From NCBI GenBank assembly GCA_052327205.1, contig CM126209.1:149482001-149546000 (forward strand): a DNA stretch of 64,000 bases. The letters are read 5' to 3'. The translations under genes and the position numbers were made by a program. Every line of letters begins with the position of its first letter. Position 1 is the first letter of the stretch. The notes under the pieces are model-generated. The model had not been told where the DNA came from. It made no database searches and saw only the letters and a list, made by a program, of their open reading frames with translations. This DNA is from Somniosus microcephalus (taxonomy: Eukaryota). This document shows, piece by piece, positions 38,596 through 47,660 of the stretch.

Positions 38596-39640
38596 TTACT
38601 GGTATTGCTCCCTAATTATTTCTTCATTTAGAACCTGGGCAGAAAGGGGCTGTCTACACTGTAGCCTCCTTTCTTCCTCCTCCCCCTGCTCCTGCTCCTC
38701 TGCTTCTTGCCTGATAGGTGGTAGTAAAGACTGTTCCCTCATGATGGCAAGGTTGTACAGCATACCACGACAAATCTTGATCTGCTCAGCTGAATACTGC
38801 AGGGCTTCTCCAGAGCGGTCCAGGCAGTGGAATCGTTGCTTTGGGATGCCAATGGTCTGGTCTGGTCTGCGCTCAGATTTCTTGTGGCAGCATAGCTCTG
38901 GTTGTATGCCTGTTGTGTGCGTGGGTTGCGGACGCGAGTCATGAGCCATGTCATCCGCAGATAAACCCTTGTTGCCCAGTAGCCACCCTTTGGTTTGCTG
39001 TGGTAGTTGAAATACAGCTGGCACAGAGGACTGCCACAGAATGAATGCCCGTGATTGCTGCTAGGAAAGGGGGCAGTGACCTGCATGATGCATTGCCTGT
39101 GGTCACACGCAATGTTCCCTTTAAGCTGCAGGGCCGCACAGCGCTTTGAAGGTCCCGTGCAGCCGGTGAGCTGGCTTTTAAATCGCAAACCAGCGGAATT
39201 TCCAGTGGAATTTTGAAAGGCCCGTGCAGCTCGTTAAAGGGGCCGCGTGTGCCAAAAATAAAATTAGAGGAAACATTGGTCACACACCAGCTGCACGTTG
39301 AGTGAGTGGAATCCCTTTTCCAGTTTAGGTACATAGAGTTGATATGAGGCACATACAAAGCAATGTGCATGCAGCCAATAGCACCCTGCGCCATGGGGAG
39401 GCCTGCAGTCCTTGCAAACCCTCGTGATCGCTCCACTTGCTCCTCCCTGGCAAGAGGGAAGGAGCTGAAGTGGTCTTCCTTTGCATAGAGAGCCTCAATG
39501 ACATCCCTTGTGCAGCAGTGCACTGCAAACTGAGATGTAGCTTATCACCAGCAGCAGCTTGGCAGGAGCCAGACACACACCCATTCAGAGCCACAGTCAC
39601 CTTGACAGCCACAGGCAATGCGGCCCTTGCCTTGCTGTGA
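38596..39640 (-). pseudogene. Harbinger (HARBI1-like) DDE transposase remnant
   Basis: PVAVKVTVALN..SGS.Q..AGD, QGAIGCMHIAL (degraded G.IDCTH), GWLLGNKG, IG..KQRFHCLDRSG.ALQY. Confidence 0.8.
39110..39278. mobile_element. 169-bp hAT-like MITE inserted in the Harbinger transposase
   Basis: TIRs CAATGTTCCCTTTAA / TTAGAGGAAACATTG; 8-bp TSD GTCACACG / GTCACACA. Confidence 0.85.
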
Positions 39641-40009
39641 GATTGGAGTTGTGGCTGTAGCGGGTGGCAAATTTCGGTGATGACCTCTGTCTTGCAGCTG
39701 GCAAAGGGTTTCCCAGTGCAGCCTCCTCCTGCAGTGGGCCTAGAATATGAAGGAATCCATGGCAGCTATCCAGATAGCAAGAAATCACATGTTGCGTGTT
39801 GATCATGAACTAGCTGAGCATTGAGTGAAATCCTTTCCTGTTCAGTAAACTGATGGCATTTTGGAATGTGGGTGCAGTTAATGAGTCCTTGTACTTGGGG
39901 AAATTCTGTCACTCTTAAATCTCAATCAACAGTCCTCTCATGCTGATGAACAATGTTTTGAGGGATGGTTATGAACTAGCCAAACAAACAGTGCATCAAT
40001 TAATTGTTT

Positions 40010-40170
40010 AATGCAGCATTGTACAGCTGATTGGTTGGTTGATCTGGCAAATGTCCTCTGATAAAGGCTTAAATGACATTGTGGCATAAAAGTTGAGGCT
40101 TGTAGAATGTGGAAGTTGGCCCCAGGTCCAAGACGTGAATGTGACGCAATTCCTGTATACTCTCCCTAGT
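40010..40170 (-). pseudogene. Older Harbinger transposase N-terminal fragment
   Basis: TSLNFYATMSFKPLSEDICQINQP resembles the ALNFYATGSFQ..GD..ISQ helix-turn-helix. Confidence 0.5.
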
Positions 40171-42391
40171 GCAATGTAACTCATTGCTGAGGTGGAGATA
40201 GGAGTTCCTTGCTCACTGGATGTGGGTGTGTGGTGGCCTGATGAACCTGTTCTAGATGCATTCTTTCTCTTCCCCTTCATAACATGGACATGGGGAATTC
40301 CCTATACAAGCACCATTGTGTCCTGGGCTGAATATGTAAAGGTGCTAACAAGGAAACCAGATGGCAAAGGAAACCATGCTAAACCCTGCATTAACTTTCA
40401 ATTGGAAAAGGCACAAAAAACACTGAGTATTGAGCAGCAAAGTTACAGGAAATAATTCCCAACATGGTTAACTTTAACTACCTGATGGCAGCTGCTTAGC
40501 AACAGTGAGCAACTTTGTTTTACATATACTGACATTCAATTGGAGAGGCAGACCAGAATGACACTGGGAACTTCACTGGTTTGTTGAGTATTAAATATAA
40601 TTTGCATATGGCAGCTACTGTGGGCTGCTGACGGCTCAACAGGAGGATAATTACACTAGGATTTTTGAGTAAGGCTTTGGAGCAACACCTCCCCGTTCCA
40701 CTTTCATCTTGCAGCAATTCAAAAGCACCTGAAATCAGGTGGCTGAAAAGAGGAAAATCGAGGAGAACCGGGTCCTAATAGGATAGGGTTTGATCACTTT
40801 ATTTGGCAGTGGAGATTTTTTTTTCTCCTTTTTTAAATAAAGGAAAACTTAATCACTGAAATTATCAGTGGGGGGAGGACTCTCTGACACCTCTGCAGGT
40901 GCCTCAACTAGTAGATAACAGAAAAGGTAGGCGGCTAGGGTTTAGGAGTCTGCTTATCCTTTTCACTAAATAGCCACTAAGATACATGGCTGCAGACGAG
41001 GTTAACCTGCGCATTGATTTTTATCTCATCCTTTTGGGTAAGTGCTTGACATTTACTTGGCTGAATGGAGGTCATGTTGCTCTTTGATCTGGTGCTCAGC
41101 CATGCTTTTGAAAGCGTTTTTTATTTACCTACTAGCATAAGTCTAATCTTTTTGATTTATTAAATTGACAATGATGTATACAATATATATGCCACCAAAT
41201 TATGGGTGTGTCTGTTTTCTGCCTGTCCTATTCCTCTTTTCTGACATCTTCTCATGTTAAAATCAAGACCATTCAAAATGTTGTTTTCTTTCCCAATTAT
41301 TTATGTTTGCTTTCACATAGACTAGGTATGATCAAGTGATTCGTATTGTGGAAGTGTGTATGGTGAGTATAAATTAACCAGCTGAAGTGAGATGGTGTAT
41401 TTTAACATACCGTACTCATGCTGGCTGGGTTAATACAATAATTAGTTACAGATGGAAGACCAGTTGGCAACATCAACTCCTTTCCATTGAGTCTGTAAAC
41501 CTTACACTCTCATGACCACTGACTTGGTCTGAGTTAATATATGAAGAACTGCTGGTTAAAGTTCAGAGGTTCAACCGAGAAGTTAATTTTTTACCAAAAG
41601 AAAAATGCCTTTTTCAACATGGAGTGAAGTACATTAGTGGTTCTTGTAGCACTGTTGTTTTGGGGTTTCTTACGCACCTAGTGTGTCAATAAGGTGGTGG
41701 TCCGGAGCATGCCAGAATGAAGGACATTTTAAAGGTAATATACTTCATCTCTTGGGTACATTGTTTTAAACAACCAATTGAAACTGGATTTGTTTTTATT
41801 GAAATAAGTAATACCTGCCAAAATAGGTAGCTGTAGGAAATCCATCTTGTTTTGAAATAGTGAAATGAAAAGGTCATGAAGTGGAACCTAAGCAATAATT
41901 TTGTTTCTTTTCTGCTTTCACTGTCGATCACTGCACTCTGGAAATTTGAATTGGAATCCTGATCTATAACTTGCAGGTCACATTATCTGGATTCCTCTGG
42001 GACAGTGCTAAGTCTATTTCAGAGAAAGATTTAAGAAAAAGAACAGCAGTGTTTTTTTTAAAAATGTTTTCAATGATTTGCTTGAATATTTAAATATTGC
42101 TAGTACATTTGAATTTTCTATTTATTTTATCATCGGGCAATATCCTCAATTTTTGTATTTTCTGTATCTGCAGTTAGCTATAATATGCATTATCAATAAA
42201 GAATAATAACCATTAATCATTTTACCAGAGACTTTTAATCCACAATTTCAATTTTATTTATACAAATACTTTTGTTTATAGTGAACACCAAAGATCAATG
42301 TTTGATATTTAACTCCTTCATTAATTCTGTCAAAGTATTCAGGAAAACCAAGTACTTTATTGAATGCTTCGCCATAATGCTTGTTAGTTTA

Positions 42392-42602
42392 GTTTGTTCC
42401 TGGAAGACGGTTGTGCAAATTTATTTTACTCCTGCAGGAGTTGTGGTTTGGTTGGTACCTAATTCCATCTCTAACGAGCTTCCCAAGAATCTGATGTTTT
42501 TGGGAAATGGTGGAGTGCGAGGCTAGCACGTGTTGGGAGCTGAAATTGACATAGCTACATAATACTGCATTGCAGGACCACCTTAAACTTGCAGAACTGT
42601 GG
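42392..42602 (+). repeat. Left copy of ~211-bp direct duplication flanking Gypsy copy D
   Basis: Matches 47009-47220 with 3 substitutions and 1 indel. Confidence 0.93.
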
Positions 42603-42699
42603 TGTGGTAAACCACTGTTATACCTGTCTGTATGTGTATGTGTATTCCACTAGGTACAGGTCTGGACATGCCTCGGCTGACTCCTCCCACTATTTCAGG

Positions 42700-42783
42700 T
42701 ATATAAGTGACTACCTCCCAGTCCCTTAGTATTCTGGACGGGTCGACCACTCGAGACAAGACCTTCATTCTTTAGTTAATAAA
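42700..42783 (+). promoter_or_regulatory. LTR TATA box (42700-42706) and poly(A) signal (42778-42783)
   Basis: TATATAA and AATAAA at equivalent positions in the LTRs of A, B, C and D. Confidence 0.65.
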
Positions 42784-42861
42784 AGCCTGGTTGTTACTCG
42801 CTTAACCTCAGTCTTTTGAGTAATTGATGGCGCATCAATTTTATTAACTAAATTTTTTATA

Positions 42862-43959
42862 ATGGAGAAGATCCTCACACTAGCATGCCTGGACCTGGAC
42901 AGTCGGGAAGCGGACGCTTCCACCAAGTTTGCTCACTGGCTCATGTGCTTCGAGACATTCCTGACTGCCTCCACTGCGGTCGTAATGGATGCGGACAAAC
43001 TGTCTGTCCTGATCTCCAAGGTGAACCACCGAGTGTACTCAGTCATCCGGGACGCGACCTCGTACACAGCCGCCCTCCAGCTCCTCAAGACCCAGTACAC
43101 GCACCCTGTGAACGAAGTATACGCCAGGCACCTTCTGGGGAGTCGCAAGCAACAACCTGGGGAATCGACTGAGGAATACCTCCAAGCACTGTCCGTGCTT
43201 GGCCGGGCCTGTGGGTGTAAGGTGGTAACGCCCGCTAAGTACACGGAGGAACTGATCCGGGATGCCTTCGTAGCGGGCCACAGGTCCAACTACACCCGAC
43301 AGCGACTGCTGGAGCAGAGTGACCTCACCCTCGACAAAGCCTCCGAAATCGCACCAACGCTGGACGCAGCCTACCGGGGCATGGAAGCCTACTCCTCTGC
43401 ACCGTGGACGCCGCGGGGAACGACAACCTGGGACACGGTAGGACAGCCCCATAGCACCGTGCCACCCCAGCCACAGCCCAACAACGGCCCAACTACCGCA
43501 GCAGTGTCCCAAAGCCAGACAGCAGTATCCCGAGGCCAGAAATGCTACTTCTGTGGCCAGGCCAAACACCCCAGAGCGCGCTGCCCGGCGAAGAATGCGA
43601 CCTGCTCGGGCTGCGGGAAAAAGGGACACTACGCCAGCGTCTGCAAGGCCAAAGCCACCCCGAACGCCAGCAGTGCCGCGTGTGGGCCATGTGAGCCGCC
43701 ATCTTGGGCCCCCAACAGCGCCGCGTGTGGGCCGTGCGGGCTGCCATCTTGGGCCTCCCCAGCCATGTGCGAACCACCGCAGCAGCAGCCATCTTGGACG
43801 ACTCCAGCCACATGGGAATCATGGACGCCGCCATCTTGGACACCAGCCGGGACGCAGCAGACCGCCAACCCCCCCCCCCCCCATCTGATACCCGCAGCGA
43901 CACACCGACCCCTACGCTGGCCTCTGTTACGCTGGACCAAACGAGACCGCACCAACTAG
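42862..43959 (+). CDS. gag: Gag of copy D
   Basis: 365-aa ORF with CYFCGQAKHPRARC and CSGCGKKGHYASVC knuckles; leaves the native frame at the C14 run 43869-43882. Confidence 0.88.
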   Translation: MEKILTLACLDLDSREADASTKFAHWLMCFETFLTASTAVVMDADKLSVLISKVNHRVYSVIRDATSYTAALQLLKTQYTHPVNEVYARHLLGSRKQQPGESTEEYLQALSVLGRACGCKVVTPAKYTEELIRDAFVAGHRSNYTRQRLLEQSDLTLDKASEIAPTLDAAYRGMEAYSSAPWTPRGTTTWDTVGQPHSTVPPQPQPNNGPTTAAVSQSQTAVSRGQKCYFCGQAKHPRARCPAKNATCSGCGKKGHYASVCKAKATPNASSAACGPCEPPSWAPNSAACGPCGLPSWASPAMCEPPQQQPSWTTPATWESWTPPSWTPAGTQQTANPPPPHLIPAATHRPLRWPLLRWTKRDRTN

Positions 43960-46769
43960 CTCGGTCCAAAATGGACGTTAAGGTAAACGGCCATGCAATA
44001 AACTGCCTTTTTGACTCCGGGAGCACAGAGAGCTTCATCCACCCCGACACGGTGCGGCGTTGCTCTCTCCCAGTCCTGCCTACGCACCAGCGGATTTCTA
44101 TGGCCTCCGAGTCCCAGTCAGCGGACATTGGCGGCTACTGCGTGGTGACACTAGTAGTAGACGGGACTGTGTTCAATAATATTAAATTCCTGGTCCTGCC
44201 CGACCTCTGCGCTGCCGTCCTACTGGGGTTGGATTTCCAGTGCCACCTCAAAAGCGTTACGCTGGCGTACGGTGGCCCCCTCCCCCCACTCACAGTCCGC
44301 AGCCAGCAGCCTCCAAATTGCCCGCCGCGCACCAGATGCAACCTCTCCACACTCAGATTCCCACCCCCACCACTGTTTGCTAACCTCACCCCCGACTGTA
44401 AGCCCATCGCCACAAAGAGCAGGCGATACAGTGCCGAGGACAGGGTTTTCATCAAAACCGAAGTGGAGCGGCTCCTGAAGGAGGGGATTATTGAGGGCAG
44501 CTCCAGCCCCTGGCGAGCCCAGGTTGTGGTTGTTAAGACCGGTGAGAAACAACGCCTGGTCATCGACTACAGCCAAACAATAAACCGCTACACCCTGCTG
44601 GACGCCTACCCACTCCCCCGCATAGCTGACATGGTCAACCAGATCGCGCAGTACCGCGTCTTTTCGACCATTGACCTGAAATCAGCGTACCACCAGCTCC
44701 CCATCCGCCCTAAAGACCGCCAGTATACTGCTTTTGAGGCAAACGGCTGCCTCTATCACTTCCTTAGGGTTCCCTTCGGCGTTACCAACGGGGTCTCCAT
44801 CTTCCAAAGGGAGATGGACCGGATGGTCGATCAAAACGCGCTGCAGGCCACTTTCCCTTACCTAGACAATGTGACCATCTGCCGCCATGACTTGCAGGAC
44901 CATGACGCAAACCTCGAGAAATTCCTCCGCACCGCCCAACTCCTGAACCTGACATGTAACAAGGAGAAGTGCATATTCCGCACAGACCGCCTCGCCATCC
45001 TTGGCTGTGTTGTGGAACACGGGGTCATCGGTCCCGACCCGGACCGGATGCGTCCCCTTATGGAACTCCCACTGCCCCACTGCCTAAAAGCTCTGAAGAG
45101 GTGCCTAGGGTTTTTTTCCTACTACGCTCAGTGGGTCCCCTACTATGCAGACAAAGCCCGTCCGCTGATCAAAACCACCTCTTTTCCCCTGATGGCAGAG
45201 GCCCGCTTGGCCTTCCACCGTATCAAGGAGGACATTGCCAAAGCCACCATGCACGCAGTGGACAAATCCATCCCCTTCCAGGTGGAAAGCGATGCGTCCG
45301 ACTTCGCTCTGGCCGCCACCCTTAATCAGGCGGGGAGACCTGTGGCATTCTTCTCACGAACCCTCCAGGGCCCGGAGACCAGACACTCCGCGGTCGAGGA
45401 GGCCCAGGCTATTGTGGAGGCTGTGCGTCATTGGAGGCACTACCTGGCCGGAAAACGATTTACCCTGCTCACTGACCAGCGTTCAGTTGCTTTTATGTTC
45501 AACAACAAGCAGAGGGGCAAAATCAAAAATGACAAGATCTTGAGGTGGAGAATCGAACTTTCCACCTACAATTACGAGATCTTGTACCGGCCTGGGAAGC
45601 TCAATGAACCCCCAGATGCCCTATCGCGTGGCACCTGCGCCAGCACGCAGATTGATAGGCTGAGGGCCCTCCACAATGACCTCTGCCACCCAGGGGTCAC
45701 CAGGTTCTTCCACTTCATCAAGGCCCGCAACCTGCCTTACTCCATCGAGGAGGTCAGGACCATGACCAAGAACTGCCAAGTCTGCGCTGAGTGCAAACCG
45801 CACTTTTATAGACCAGACAGAGCCCACCTGATAAAAGTCGAACGCCTGAGCGTCGATTTTAAAGGGCCTCTCCCCTCCTCCGACCGCAATGTGTACTTCC
45901 TCAACATCATTGATGAGTACTCCCGTTTCCCGTTCGCTATCCCCTGCCTGGACATGACCAGTGCCACGGTCATTAAATCTCTGAACAGCCTCTTCACCCT
46001 GTTCGGTTTCCCCAGCTATATCCATAGCGACCGGGGCTCATCGTTTATGAGCGACGAACTCTGCCAGTACCTGCTCGCTAGGGGTATAGCCACAAGCAGG
46101 ACCACCAGTTACAACCCCCGGGGGAACGGACAGATGGAAAGAGAGAATGCAACAGTTTGGAAGGCCGCCCTACTAGCCTTAAAGTCTAGGGGCCTTCCGA
46201 CCTCCCGCTGGCAGGAGGTGCTCCCCGATGCGCTCCACTCTATTCAGTCACTGCTCTGCACTGCCACCAATGCCACCCCTCATGAGAAAATGTTTGTCTT
46301 CCCAAGGAAGTCCACATCGGGGACATTGTTACCGCCATGGCTGACGTCCCCAGGGCCGGTACTACTGAGAAGACACGTGAGGGCCAATAAAATGGACCCC
46401 CTGGTCGAGAGGGTCGACCTCCTCCATGCCAACCCCCAGTACGCTTACATTGCGTACCCGGACGGGCGGGAGGACACAGTCTCCATACGAGACCTCGCAC
46501 CCTCGGGGACCGCTGTAACCCACTACCCATTACCACCCCCCCCCCCCCCCCCCACGACCCGATATCCAACCCCAGCAGCCGGCTCGCCTTGGACCGTCAC
46601 CCACGAGGACTACACTCCAGGGCCCCAGCCTACACGGGACGGGACGCGACGCCGGAAGCTCCACCACCCCTGCCGTCGCCACGTCGATCACAGCGGCAGA
46701 CAAGCCCTCCGGAGAGACTCCAATACACAAACTTTTAAATACACTTCACCCCGCCGGACTCATTTTTAA
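43704..46769 (+). CDS. pol: Pol of copy D (PR-RT-RNaseH-IN)
   Basis: 1021-aa open frame with LFDSGS, YLDN, DASD..E..TD..D RNase H, HHCC and D,D(35)E integrase; the listed start Met is probably not real. Confidence 0.93.
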   Translation: MGPQQRRVWAVRAAILGLPSHVRTTAAAAILDDSSHMGIMDAAILDTSRDAADRQPPPPPSDTRSDTPTPTLASVTLDQTRPHQLARSKMDVKVNGHAINCLFDSGSTESFIHPDTVRRCSLPVLPTHQRISMASESQSADIGGYCVVTLVVDGTVFNNIKFLVLPDLCAAVLLGLDFQCHLKSVTLAYGGPLPPLTVRSQQPPNCPPRTRCNLSTLRFPPPPLFANLTPDCKPIATKSRRYSAEDRVFIKTEVERLLKEGIIEGSSSPWRAQVVVVKTGEKQRLVIDYSQTINRYTLLDAYPLPRIADMVNQIAQYRVFSTIDLKSAYHQLPIRPKDRQYTAFEANGCLYHFLRVPFGVTNGVSIFQREMDRMVDQNALQATFPYLDNVTICRHDLQDHDANLEKFLRTAQLLNLTCNKEKCIFRTDRLAILGCVVEHGVIGPDPDRMRPLMELPLPHCLKALKRCLGFFSYYAQWVPYYADKARPLIKTTSFPLMAEARLAFHRIKEDIAKATMHAVDKSIPFQVESDASDFALAATLNQAGRPVAFFSRTLQGPETRHSAVEEAQAIVEAVRHWRHYLAGKRFTLLTDQRSVAFMFNNKQRGKIKNDKILRWRIELSTYNYEILYRPGKLNEPPDALSRGTCASTQIDRLRALHNDLCHPGVTRFFHFIKARNLPYSIEEVRTMTKNCQVCAECKPHFYRPDRAHLIKVERLSVDFKGPLPSSDRNVYFLNIIDEYSRFPFAIPCLDMTSATVIKSLNSLFTLFGFPSYIHSDRGSSFMSDELCQYLLARGIATSRTTSYNPRGNGQMERENATVWKAALLALKSRGLPTSRWQEVLPDALHSIQSLLCTATNATPHEKMFVFPRKSTSGTLLPPWLTSPGPVLLRRHVRANKMDPLVERVDLLHANPQYAYIAYPDGREDTVSIRDLAPSGTAVTHYPLPPPPPPPTTRYPTPAAGSPWTVTHEDYTPGPQPTRDGTRRRKLHHPCRRHVDHSGRQALRRDSNTQTFKYTSPRRTHF

Positions 46770-47008
46770 ACAAGGGGTGAATGTGGTAAACCACTGTTAT
46801 ACCTGTCTGTATGTGTATGTGTATTCCACTAGGTACAGGTCTGGACATGCCTCGGCTGACTCCTCCCACTATTCCAGGTATATAAGTGACTACCTCCCAG
46901 TCCCTTAGTATTCTGGACGGGTCGACCACTCGAGACAAGACCTTCATTCTTTAGTTAATAAAAGCCTGGTTGTTACTCGCTTAACCTCAGTCTTTTGAGT
47001 AATTGATG

Positions 47009-47220
47009 GTTTGTTCCTGGAAGTCGGTTGTGCAAATTTATTTTACTCCTGCAGGAGTTGTGGTTTGGTTGGTACCTAATTCCATCTCTTAACGAGCTTC
47101 CCAAGAATCTGATGTTTTTGGGAAATGGTGGAGTGCGAGGCTAGCACATGTTGGGAGCTGAAATTGACATAGCTCCATAATACTGCATTGCAGGACCACC
47201 TTAAACTTGCAGAACTGTGG
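47009..47220 (+). repeat. Right copy of ~211-bp direct duplication flanking copy D
   Basis: Matches 42392-42602. Confidence 0.93.
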
Positions 47221-47660
47221 TTAGAAAGCCACTAAGATGTGGTCTGAACAGACAAAAGTCTAACAAATGCCTGAATAAATTCAGTATTTGGGGGGGGGGT
47301 ACAACACCCATTTAGACCTAAGTAAATAAAGAGAAGTGGAAAAAGTTAGCAGTTGCAGTAGCTTTTCCTTGGTTATTTAGCAGGAAGACAACTAAAACTC
47401 TCAGGCAGTTATATAATCATGGTCTATCTCAACACTCTTTTTCCTTCTTGCTACCTGACGACTGGGGGCACATCTGCTCATTCACAAATGATAGCCTGAT
47501 CTTACAATAATCATCTAGTAATGATCCAAGATGAGAGAGGGTTGTTGATCAGTTTTTTGGGGGAAGGAAAGGAAAGCTTGAAGTGGGAGGTACACTTATT
47601 GTACAGTTATACTGCCCATTTTTCACCACTGTGAACCAATTTCTATGCTGCAGCAATGTG

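Larger units (their letters stand above)
35961..39640. mobile_element. Degenerate PIF/Harbinger transposon with convergent Myb/SANT and transposase genes
   Basis: Left end GGGCCAAAAATTGCGG shared with 51296; Myb remnants on +, HARBI1-like nuclease on -. Right TIR not found. Confidence 0.7.
42603..47009 (+). mobile_element. Near-intact Ty3/Gypsy copy D
   Basis: 5' LTR 42603-42837; 3' LTR 46782-47009 (1 mismatch, last 7 nt missing); PPT AAGGGGTGAA at 46772-46781. Confidence 0.97.

Noticed and set aside
43869-43882. Programmed -1 gag-pol frameshift
   Set aside because: Copies B and C read through this junction in one frame; the shift sits in an expanded poly-C run.
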